From contig OZ076413.1 of the NCBI GenBank assembly GCA_964187785.1, positions 42,224,001-42,288,000 on the forward strand: a stretch of 64,000 nucleotides of DNA. The letters are read 5' to 3'. The stretch comes from Amphiscolops sp. MND2022. Lineage: Eukaryota. Positions 41,137-51,086 of the stretch are shown piece after piece; within the stretch, counting starts at the first letter, position 1, and each line of letters begins with the position of its first letter. A program made the position numbers and the translations under genes. A model generated the notes under the pieces. The model saw only the letters and a program-made list of their open reading frames with translations. It searched no databases and was not told the DNA's origin.

Positions 41137-42591
41137 ATGGCTGCGCAAAATTACTTGGCTTATCCAGACCTCGGCAGAGACCAATTCACAGGAACAGACC
41201 CAGATCAAGATCCTGAACAATTTATACAGCTAATTGAAAAGAAGTTCCGTTTCTCTCATGGTGATACCCCAGCAAACGGAGCAGCACTTGACGACTACAA
41301 CTTCAGGAGAAAATCCTACTTTGCTACACTACTAAGAGGACCAGCAGCGGAGTGGTTCGAGACAAGTATCACAGACGCTAACACCTGGCAAGAAATCAGA
41401 GAAAGGTTCATCACAAGATTCGCAGATGGCCGAAATAAATTCAGACACAGAATGGAAGCAGAACATGTCACCAGAAGAGATGGAGAAGAGATAAAGAATT
41501 TTCTACACAGAATCAAAATTGTTGTGGGGAAAGGCTGGCCAGATGATCTTGCCGGCGTCGCACAAAACGACAGAAACGCAGAAAGAGCAGCACAAGACCG
41601 ACAAAGAAGACAAAGGTGCATCGACTACTCACTGACAGGCCTAAGACCTCCAAAACTGAGAGAAAAGGCACACGAATATTTAATGGATCACCCGAATGCA
41701 ACCTGGGAACAATTCTCCCAAGCGGTAATAAACAAAGACCTCTCCTACACGGTAACTACCGCCCTAACTGGCGGAGAATCACATTCGGACCCACTCATAC
41801 AAGAAATGCGAGACGACCTGAAGGGAATCAAACTACAAATCAAAGAACAGATGAATAACACAATCAACGCAGTAGAGAAAACTGTAGACCCTAATGCTAC
41901 AGGTCGAAGAATGGCCACACGATTCCGTGGCTACTGCCGAACAAATGGGCACACACCTAACTGGTGCAGAAAGAAGATGAGAGATGAAGAAGTGAAGAAG
42001 GTTCAAAACGAAGCTAACCCAGAAAGAAGAATAACATTCACCAACGACTACAACAAAAGAACTGGACCTGAACATGGCTCTAGATTTCAACCAAGATTAC
42101 CAGATTCAGAAATCAGAAAACATATGGCTGTGGCACATCAACTAGCACTGGCTGGAGCTATGCAGTCAAATCCTGCCTGGAATCAATACGATAGACCACA
42201 AAGAAAAAATTTCAACCCAGAACGTCGACCTACGAATACAAGACTCAATCCTGGTAACCGAAGATTTTCACAAGAAGGGAGAGGACCCTTCCTAAACAAT
42301 TCTAACAACTCCAGAAGTGTTTCCCCTGGACCCCAAAGAGCAAGATCTCCGTTCAACTTCAACAGAGACCAGTCTAGCTCCTTTAATCGCAACATACAGC
42401 CTCTTCCACCAAGGAATAACTCAGTCGTTCACGGACCACTAAACAGAAACGAAAGACCAAACACCCCAACTCAAACTTACGATCAAAGGTTCCCTAAAAC
42501 TAATGACATGGGAAGATCCAACACAGTACAGTTTCTCGAAACTGACTACTCGGTGAACTCTGTCTCCGATTTTCGCCCTTTAAACTACTAA
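41137..42591 (+). CDS. gag: Gag (capsid domain plus degenerate CCHC knuckle)
   Basis: 484 aa. YFATLLRGPAAEWF..TWQEIRERFITRF retrotransposon-gag pattern; R-G-Y-C-x4-H-x4-C knuckle with the first Cys replaced by Arg. Confidence 0.93.
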   Translation: MAAQNYLAYPDLGRDQFTGTDPDQDPEQFIQLIEKKFRFSHGDTPANGAALDDYNFRRKSYFATLLRGPAAEWFETSITDANTWQEIRERFITRFADGRNKFRHRMEAEHVTRRDGEEIKNFLHRIKIVVGKGWPDDLAGVAQNDRNAERAAQDRQRRQRCIDYSLTGLRPPKLREKAHEYLMDHPNATWEQFSQAVINKDLSYTVTTALTGGESHSDPLIQEMRDDLKGIKLQIKEQMNNTINAVEKTVDPNATGRRMATRFRGYCRTNGHTPNWCRKKMRDEEVKKVQNEANPERRITFTNDYNKRTGPEHGSRFQPRLPDSEIRKHMAVAHQLALAGAMQSNPAWNQYDRPQRKNFNPERRPTNTRLNPGNRRFSQEGRGPFLNNSNNSRSVSPGPQRARSPFNFNRDQSSSFNRNIQPLPPRNNSVVHGPLNRNERPNTPTQTYDQRFPKTNDMGRSNTVQFLETDYSVNSVSDFRPLNY

Positions 42592-42669
42592 GGTCTCCGA
42601 AAAATCGTAACAGCAGCACAGCCCCACTAAAATTTAGTCTTAATCTTTATTATTTTGCTGCCGGAGACC
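42579..42669 (+). promoter_or_regulatory. -1 programmed ribosomal frameshift signal (U UUA AAC plus downstream stem)
   Basis: The heptamer at 42579-42585 is in the correct phase, followed by a 6-nt spacer and ggtctccg (42592-99) pairing with cggagacc (42662-69). The -1 frame is the pol frame. Confidence 0.9.
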
Positions 42670-45600
42670 CACAAAAAGATAGTGGCTTAGAAATCGAATT
42701 TCTACTAGACACTGGGGCAACATCTTCAATCATCAACTACAGGACCTTTAGAGAACTTTGCCAGTTTCAACAAGACCTAGAACTTAGTAGAAGCAATAAC
42801 ACAACACGGAACTACTCTGGGCAGATCATCCCTATGATGGGATACATCACCCTCAAACTCTACTACGATTCCGATGGACAACATAACTTCCCATTAACAG
42901 TCTGGATAACAGAGATGAAAACCCAAAACCTCCTTGGAATGAATTTCTGCCAAGAACAAGTTAACAAAATACACTTTGATCTTCCTGGCATAGAACTCAA
43001 AAGACCTATAAATACTTTTTGCTATGGTAGCCTACAACTCAACAAATGTTACCCCTATCTATCACAAATTCTCTCAGTCCGAATTCCTCACTCAATGTAT
43101 ATCGAACCAAAGACGACAAGATGTTACAAATTCGCACCGGAAAACACTAATAACTCATTTCCTCCTGGATCTACGTTCCTACCGAACAGGAAGGCAGTTT
43201 CTACTGGACTTAACTTCATTAATGTCCTCTGCACACGATTTGAGAAGACTTTACCAATCGTCATGGAAAACAACAAAAACCATACAATCACCTTAGTAAA
43301 AGGAACTATCGGATACTCAATGCTTGACGTATTAGACCAAGAAATTCCGAAATACCAAATTAGAAACCCGACAGAACTCGCCTATGCTATCCTAAACGAA
43401 AACGAAGAATACAACGACTGTTTCCTATTACACTCTACCATCCCTTCACAAGATATGAACGATTGCCTCAGAATAGAAGGAGGAAACTCGAAAACAATAC
43501 TCAGCAGACCAGACCCTATCATCATCTTCGTCCCGGCCGACCTAAAACCAGCCAAAGGCTTCTCAAAAGAAATCCTAACGAAAATACCTTCACTTAAGGA
43601 TACATGCGCAAAACAGAAACCACAGAAAGGAGAAACCATACCCTACTGGGACGAAACTCTGAAACGATTTATATGTTTTCTGACTACGAAAGCAAAATCA
43701 AAAGACAAGATTGACCCACAATTACTAGTTCAATCTCTCGAAACTCTAAAAGCACACGCCAAAATGAGCGGCATCAAGACTATATCCATGCTATGGGAAG
43801 CCTCAGAGCTAGAAGACTTCCAATGGCAAGACGTCACTCAGCTCATTCAAGACGTATTTGCATACTCAGAAATACAACTCCGAATTTATACAAGAAACGA
43901 ACTAGATGTCTATGCCATGACTACAAGAGGAGACCCCGAATACGTACTAGAAGATGAGATACAACAATTTTCCGAGCAATTTCATCTCAAACATAGAGAG
44001 CTGGAGACAGACTTCACAAGCGACGCAAAGTCCTGTCAACCACCTTGCGATGAGCAATTTAAAATATTCAGGCCAAAAGAAGACAACGAACGACTGATCG
44101 AGTACTACCTTCAGTATCAAAATAAAGAAGCAGTGCGATACATTAAAGAATTCGACTTTCGCTACTCAGACCTCACAGACGAAGAACTGGTTCTCCTAAT
44201 AGACTTACTAATGGACGCAAGAGATGTATACTCCCAACACAAATTTGACGTAGGGAAAACCAGACAAAAATTTAACATTAAACTAGAACCTGGAGCAATT
44301 CTAAAGAGACAGAGACCCAGCAAAGTACCACTTCACCTACGAGAAAAGCTAGAGAAGCTACTCACACAACTCAAAGACGCTGATATCATCAGAGAAATGG
44401 GCGACGATGAAGAAATGGGATCCTTATTTGTGAATCCTATTATACTACAACCAAAACATGACTATGTCAAGCTGATCATAGATGCGAGATATCTAAACTC
44501 GGTGACAGATCTAACAAATTATCCCTGGCCCTTAGAACCGATCCAAACCATAATGACACTAATAAATGGAAACATCTTCTCAGTAAGTGATCTCTCCTGT
44601 GCATTTCACCAAGTCCCATTAGACGAGCCCACGCAAAAACTCACCAGCTTCATCATTGGCGGAAAACAATACACCTTCACCAGGGGATTCTATGGACTCA
44701 AGGGATTACCAAGCTTCTTTAGCAGAATGATGACTATCCACTTCGAACCCCTCATCAAAAGGAAACAGGCAATTACATACATCGACGACACGTTGATGCA
44801 AGCCAAAAACAAACAAGAAATGTTCACGGTAATTCAAGAATACCATAACTTACTGCGGAAAGCCGGACTCAAGGCAGCACCAGATAAGACATTCTTCTTC
44901 TTAAGGAAAGTCAAGTTTTTGGGACACGTGATAGCAGCCGAAGGAATACAACCCGTCGCAAAACGAGTAAAAGACCTACACAATCTCAAATCACCAAAGA
45001 CCAAAACCGAAGTGAAAAGCTTCTTAGGAGCTTTGGGCTTCTATAGCTGCTACATCAAGAATCTTCATGTCGATAGTCGACCTTTTTACGAACTCACCAA
45101 GAAAGATACAAATTTTTGCTGGAACCAAGAACACGAAGACCTTTTCCAGGAAATAAAGAAAAGAATTACCGAAGACACAGTGCTCGCAATACCCTCGACA
45201 AAATACCCCTTTCACATACACGTCGACTCGTCAAACGTTGGGACAGGATGTATCCTCATCCAACAATTCCCAGAAGGGAAACGGATCATTTCCTTCAACT
45301 CAAGAGTTTTCGCAAAGGAAGAACAAAAGATGTCCACACTACACAGAGAATTATGTGGCATAGTCTCAGCTCTTCAGACGTATGAACACTACATCATCGG
45401 ATCTCCCTTCCCCATCTACCTATACTGCGATCACAAGCCGATTCTTTATCTCTGGGGAAGAAAGGGACAAATTTCACCCCGTTTTTTCAGGTACCAAGTA
45501 ATTATATCTAAATTCCCGAATCTCAAGATAATTTGGACTCGAGGAAGCAACCTAGCCTTCCCTGATATACTCAGTCGAAACGTCTCCATCGAGGAACACA

Positions 45601-48087
45601 AGAAACATCAACTCAGTCACAAAGTCATCCCAACTGACATACACTTTTTCGACGAACATGGAACCCAAGTACACTACAAAATCAAACACGAAGAAAATGA
45701 AGAGACATCCAAGAACGACTTTTACCCCATCTTGTACGAGAAGGGAAAAGAACGGAAAGTACTTCATCTCCAAAATGATGGGAATAACTTCACAGTTAAC
45801 TCTATCTACGAGGAACCTAACCTGCCGAAAGTAGAGTCAGCACAGAGTTGCCTCGACGCTGGAAGAGAACTCGGAAAATTCGAAGAACTAAGAATCAGGT
45901 CTGGAACACGGGATAGCACTTCGGATTTATCACAAAACACTTACAGCTCCATCAACAGTGATACGGATGACGAAGCCCTCATAGACAATCAGAGTCATGA
46001 AATAAACGAGACCAACTACGAGCTCAACACAGAAGATCTCATCGCACGTAACCCAGGTCTTCCCAAAAACGTAAAGGCAATAGAACACCTTGATCTACCT
46101 ACAAATTCAACTGAAAAACAAAAGACACCAACACAGGAACTTGTCAGACAACTTGATAAACTATCCAAAGAAGTAGAACTAAACGTTACAACGATCTTAC
46201 AAGAACAAATAAATGACCCGGTACTCAGCGTGGTCCGACAATGGGTAAGAACAGGAAACAAACCCGAACCAAAATCACCAGAGTTACAACACTCAAAAGG
46301 CCTCATGCGTTACTTTCAGGAATTCGACAGATTATCTATAGAAGGCCAAGGAAACCTCCTTTGTTATAACGAGCCAACTGATGACCCAACAGACAAGAAT
46401 CTGAGAATCTGTCTACCTCTCTCTCTATTTTTAGCTTGCTTTCGTATGGGACATTACAACGACCTCGGCGGCCACATGGGAGCAGAAAAGACCTTCCTCA
46501 ATGCTAAGAGAATTTACTACTGGCCAGGGATGCACAACTGGATCTGTGCCCTCACACAAGATTGTGTTAGCTGCCAATCTAACAAATCCAAACAACGGAG
46601 AAACAACGAAGTCCCACTGGAAGACTGCGAAACCGAAACTCAAGTATTCAGAACCATCCACATTGATCACAAAGGACCACTCAATCCTCCCAGTCGTGGA
46701 AATTCACATTGCCTTCTGATCATCGACGCCTTCTCACGTTACCTGATGGCATACCCAGTCAGAGACACAGGAGCACATCTACAATCAACGCGATGGAAAA
46801 ATGGATTATGCACTATGGCATCCCTCAATCTATCGTACATGATAGAGGAACAGCTTTCGTGAACACTGAATTCGTCAATTGGGCTAAAGAGTTTGGCATT
46901 ACACTTCGACCAAGAACCGCACACTCACCCTGGACAAATGGCAAAGTAGAAACACAAAATCAACACATTGCAAGATACTGGAGAAACTTCTTAAACGAAT
47001 CAGGAAACAACTGGGCCCAACTAGCTGCCAAATTTGCATTCGCCCACAACACAAGCGTCAACTACACAACTGGAAAGACCCCCTACGAGATAGTGTTTTG
47101 CAACAAACCACAGATACCTATGAGTCTGAAGCTGGGACTCTACAGGAAAAAAACAAGAACTGCAAATCACAATTCTGTCAAGGATTACCTCCTCATTGCC
47201 ATAGCGAAAACCAAGTCAAAAACGAACTACCAAATGGACTATTACGACCACAACTATCACAAAGCTTATTGGAACGAGAAACAGCCTTCAAAAAGGTCTA
47301 CTCATCCACATATGAAAAGTGCAGAAAACAAACAGCTCAATCACACGCCTACAGGAACAGATTTAAACTTGGGAACCACCTCAACATTGGACAAAAGGTT
47401 CTGCTAGAGAACCATCGAAAAGACCTCTCCAAAAGCCAAAAACTCCAACAACTGCGACTAGGACCCTTTACGGTTACCAAACGAATTACAAATACAACTT
47501 ACCAAATAATGGAAGATCAAAACCCCGAGAATCTCCGAACTGTACATAGGAACCATCTAATAGAATACTTTCCTAAAGAAGAAACACTCCCCCCTCTTAT
47601 CGAAGAATACACTACTCCCCACCGTGGAGACACGGATTTTTATAACAATCTTGTCAAAGGAAGAATTGAACAACTTAATGTTTCAGAACCACAAAAACTC
47701 GGAGACCTCTGCATATTGCCAGTACGGAATCAACAAAACCAAATACTTGCCCGCAAAAGAACGCAAACCCCCCAGAGCACAGACTCTGGTATCATCTCTC
47801 CAGAAAATCAGTTGTTGCCAACTCCCAAGACTCCCGATCAGCCTTCGACATCACATCCTCAAAACGCAGCAACCCCTATCCTGACGTTAACTCAACGTCA
47901 ACCAACTCCAGCACCCCCAACTAACACCCCGGTATCGTCTACCAAGTCAACGACTCCCTTGCAAGAGTTACGAAAGGCTGTTGCCCGCCAAATAGAGAGA
48001 AATCCACGTTATCAGCGAGCACAACCCAATCAACCAGCACGACAGTCCATACTTCGTGAAAGGACTAGAATTGGTTACAAAGAATAA
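42579..48087 (+). CDS. pol: Pol polyprotein: aspartic protease, macrodomain, RT, RNase H, integrase (two 1-nt frameshifts in IN)
   Basis: LLDTGA (42708, upstream of the ORF-track start), YIDD (44778), HVDSS/HRELC/YCDHKP (RNase H), H-H-CVSC, IDHKGP, HDRG, NGKVE and GPF. Frame breaks at ~46777 and ~47150. Confidence 0.95.
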
Positions 48088-48094
48088 CCTTACT

Positions 48095-48481
48095 ATGCCG
48101 TGCCATAAAGTCTATCTAAACTTGCCTTGGCAAGTCCCGCGAGAACTCCAGTCCTTAGGAATTCTGCAGGTTACGATTACTAAAATCTACTGGACCTACA
48201 AAAACAAAATAGTTAGAATTTGTTTCTACTCCAACGACCCAGATCCTAGCCCACATAAACAACCTACGCCTAGAAAATCTAACCTTCATATACACCCAGA
48301 ATCACCTACTTTCGCCCGCTTATATCAACACTTAGCCTATTATGCCGTCACCCACCATGACCCTATCCTAGAGGAACTACTATCCTACATGCCTACCCTG
48401 ATACCTGACCTACAACCTTCATTACCTAACACACAAAAAGACTTATTCTGCTGTTCTACTATCTCCTCGCCTAGCTCCTAG
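48095..48481 (+). CDS. Accessory ORF A (128 aa, unknown function; likely paralogue of ORFs B-D)
   Basis: ATG 7 nt after the pol stop; shares a hydrophobic pattern with the ORFs at 49588-50538. Confidence 0.65.
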   Translation: MPCHKVYLNLPWQVPRELQSLGILQVTITKIYWTYKNKIVRICFYSNDPDPSPHKQPTPRKSNLHIHPESPTFARLYQHLAYYAVTHHDPILEELLSYMPTLIPDLQPSLPNTQKDLFCCSTISSPSS

Positions 48482-48650
48482 CCGGATATTACCGCTTATT
48501 CGAAAAAATATTATCTTTATTATTATTATTATTATTATTAGACTTTTTATCTATACAATTTGTGCAACCCCGAGAAGGAACTTACGAAAAGCAGCAAACA
48601 CAAAAGCGTAGAAAAATAAAGTATTTCCTGGAGATGAGAGGCAATAATGC

Positions 48651-49313
48651 CTACTCAATCTCCAGGAAACCTCCCTTCTCTGCAAGTCGCCGCAGCTGAG
48701 CCGCCCGCTCCCCCATTGTCCACAATGAATAGAGGCGGGTCCACTGACCCCTCTCAAAACTAGTCAACTGCGAGTAGCCACTTATGTAGGCTCGCAGCTG
48801 GAAGACGACTATTTCGCCGAGAGAGGACAGGAGAGTCTGCTCCCAACGGGCCCCCCAGTTAGCCCGCAAGAAACTAGTTAGAGCATTTGGACCGGGAGGC
48901 CCAGAAACAGAAAACCCGGGGGTACCCTGAAGGGAACTAGTTAATGAAGCCCAGTTTTCTAGGCGGTCGATATCCCTATGGGTAAATAAACCCATAAAAC
49001 TTTGATCCCCCGGGTTCTCCAAAACACCCTGCGAGATGGTAGAGGGAGCTTGCGGAAAAGGGCCACTAGTCCTCGGGGCCACAAACGCCACAAAAGACCC
49101 ACCCCCAGAGGTCCCTGCCTGAGAACCTGATGACGCGGGAGCAGAAGAACTGGTGCGCGCTCCGCTCGACGAGGACGGCCCAGCTGACGACGACGATTGT
49201 GGCGGCAAAGAGGTAGCGGCAGTGCCCGACACAGACCCTGGAGCAGTAGTCTCCTCATCGGTCGAGGATTCTTCGTAATAGTCGCTATAGTTGTTGTTGT
49301 TGTTGTTGCTCAT
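48651..49313 (-). CDS. Antisense accessory ORF (220 aa; Ser/Ala/Gly-rich N-half, Trp-containing helical C-half)
   Basis: Longest ORF of the region, convergent with ORF A across an AT-rich (TTA)n spacer, with an upstream TATA and a candidate 5' UTR intron. Confidence 0.7.
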   Translation of the reverse strand: MSNNNNNNYSDYYEESSTDEETTAPGSVSGTAATSLPPQSSSSAGPSSSSGARTSSSAPASSGSQAGTSGGGSFVAFVAPRTSGPFPQAPSTISQGVLENPGDQSFMGLFTHRDIDRLENWASLTSSLQGTPGFSVSGPPGPNALTSFLRANWGARWEQTLLSSLGEIVVFQLRAYISGYSQLTSFERGQWTRLYSLWTMGERAAQLRRLAEKGGFLEIE

Positions 49314-49587
49314 CCCTAAATACAAATTTGATTTATTTAAAGTCATGCAAAATATTTATAATTATTGATTGAAGTCAACCATATATGTATCACTATTCAA
49401 CTTAGTCATCAGATATAAAATATAATATCCTACCCGGACATTTGTCTAGTTTACCACGACGACTCATGAAGTCGTAATCCTCTCTCCTCTATAAATACCC
49501 CCAAAAACGCAATGAAATAACTGATGATTCCATTCTCAGATTTGCTATGTTTGATGCACACACGCCACAAGGCATAACAGCTCACTG

Positions 49588-49809
49588 ATGATCATAATAT
49601 TCAAAATTGACAACCGACTTTCCCAGATAACTGATATTCAGAAGGAACCCTCAACACAGAACATAATCATACAAGCCTACGCAATCGCAGAAGAAGAGAG
49701 TGAAACCTACACGTGTGTGCCAGCATCACCTATCTACCCACTACTGGAGAGTCTACTATATAATAACACACCTACCGAAGTCTTCACAAGAGCCAAGTCA
49801 GTCCTTTAA
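49588..49809 (+). CDS. Accessory ORF B (73 aa)
   Basis: Start overlaps an upstream stop (TGATG) and its stop overlaps the next start (TAATG). Confidence 0.55.
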   Translation: MIIIFKIDNRLSQITDIQKEPSTQNIIIQAYAIAEEESETYTCVPASPIYPLLESLLYNNTPTEVFTRAKSVL

Positions 49810-50204
49810 TGTCCTCTCCCGCAGTTGCCGTATTTCGAGGAAATAAGTACTACTTCCACACTCAATTTCAACCTCCGGTTCCTTGGAAACCCATACAACT
49901 CACGGGTGAATACGAAATACAGTCAATCTTTTACGAGATCACTACCTCGGCGATACAAGTCCGTATACTCACACCAGAAGACAAAGAAGCACTAGTCCTC
50001 TTCCCTATTCACTTCGGGTCCAAGGAATACGCCTACCTATTCCTATCGTTCCAACAATACATACTCCAACACCCCGCCGTCCTTAAAGACAAGGCTTTCG
50101 ACGACTTGGTTTATTTTATGGATATCACCCTAGTAACTAACCCCTTTGAAGAAGAGGTTAGAATCAAATATCTTCACACCCTAGTTGAGACCTATGATGT
50201 TTAA
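49809..50204 (+). CDS. Accessory ORF C (131 aa)
   Basis: ATG-initiated, tightly packed between B and D, with a globular-protein composition. Confidence 0.65.
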   Translation: MSSPAVAVFRGNKYYFHTQFQPPVPWKPIQLTGEYEIQSIFYEITTSAIQVRILTPEDKEALVLFPIHFGSKEYAYLFLSFQQYILQHPAVLKDKAFDDLVYFMDITLVTNPFEEEVRIKYLHTLVETYDV

Positions 50205-50538
50205 AATACAACTCAAATTCCTCTGGCGTCACCCGGAAACAAACACACTTCTTGAGATCCTCTCTATAGCCTGGAAAGAGAGCGCCCCCGCACTTCAGAT
50301 TGAACTCCACAGCCTCCGACCACATCAAACGGGACATTGGCTCATTCCTGTCGCCACAGACTCGACAGAAGCAGCAGATCTTGCGAAGGCGCTAACCGAC
50401 TACAGGGAGATCGCTTACTTAGATCACGTTCACCCTCTGACCCTTCATCTCCTCAGCAAGTTAATCGATTTCCTCGACGCCCAGAGACGTAACAAACACT
50501 CTCCCAGTCTAAAATCAATCAGTGATAACTACAGCTGA
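50194..50538 (+). CDS. Accessory ORF D (114 aa)
   Basis: ATGATG at 50194 overlaps the end of ORF C; EILSIAW..ALQIEL matches EIQSIFY..AIQVRI in ORF C. Confidence 0.65.
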   Translation: MMFKIQLKFLWRHPETNTLLEILSIAWKESAPALQIELHSLRPHQTGHWLIPVATDSTEAADLAKALTDYREIAYLDHVHPLTLHLLSKLIDFLDAQRRNKHSPSLKSISDNYS

Positions 50539-50584
50539 ACCTTCACAGATGGTTGAAGTTAGTTTCTTTTACTATTTTTCTTCG

Positions 50585-51018
50585 GGCACTCTTTGAATAG
50601 TAGTGAGGTTACTACTATAAAATTTTAACCTCCGCTTAGTGTCGTGCCAGCTAAGCTGCCGGTTTGATATTACGGCTTGCCTTTTTACGGCCTTATTTCA
50701 GGATCCATAACATTAAACTAAACTAAAAGACAAATAAACTTCTCCTTCTCTTAGGTACGTGTGAACAGTAGTGAGGTTACTACTATAAAATTTTAACCTC
50801 CGCTTAGTGTTGTACCAGCTAAGCTGCCGGTTTGATATTACGGCTTGCCTTTTTACGGCCTTACTCCGAAACCTATACTTTAAACAAAAAACAACAATCT
50901 TTCCATAAGGCACTTTCCAATAGTAGTGAGGTTACTACTATAAAATTTTAACCTCCGCTTAGTGTCGTGCCAGCTAAGCTGCCGGTTTGATATTACGGCT
51001 TGCCTTTTTACGGCCTTA
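50585..51018 (+). ncRNA. Three copies of a ~110-nt structured RNA motif (50585-50695, 50754-50863, 50909-51018)
   Basis: Near-identical cores separated by unrelated spacers. Each has an H-type pseudoknot, hairpins and a 5'-end-to-loop pairing with a compensatory change in copy 2. Confidence 0.7.
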
Positions 51019-51086
51019 CCGTGGATCCACATATCTATAAAAAACATTTTTCCTGATTGATTGTCAAAGACTGAAGAATTTCAGAA

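Noticed and set aside
43070..43330. dUTPase domain between protease and macrodomain
   Set aside because: IVMENNKNHTITLVKGTIG recalls dUTPase motif 4, but the catalytic motifs (RSG, G.ID..Y.G) are missing; at most a relic fold.
42834..46862. ORF-track start and end as the true Pol boundaries
   Set aside because: The protease active site lies upstream of 42834, and integrase continues through two frameshifts to 48087.
49385..49600. Hammerhead ribozyme from the CTGATGA motifs
   Set aside because: No properly placed GAAA or flanking stems.
50585..51018. CRISPR-like repeat-spacer array, or pistol/HDV/hammerhead ribozyme
   Set aside because: The repeats are ~100 nt in a eukaryotic retroelement with no cas genes. 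The pistol P2/P3 layout, the HDV nested order and the hammerhead CUGANGA/GAAA core are all absent.
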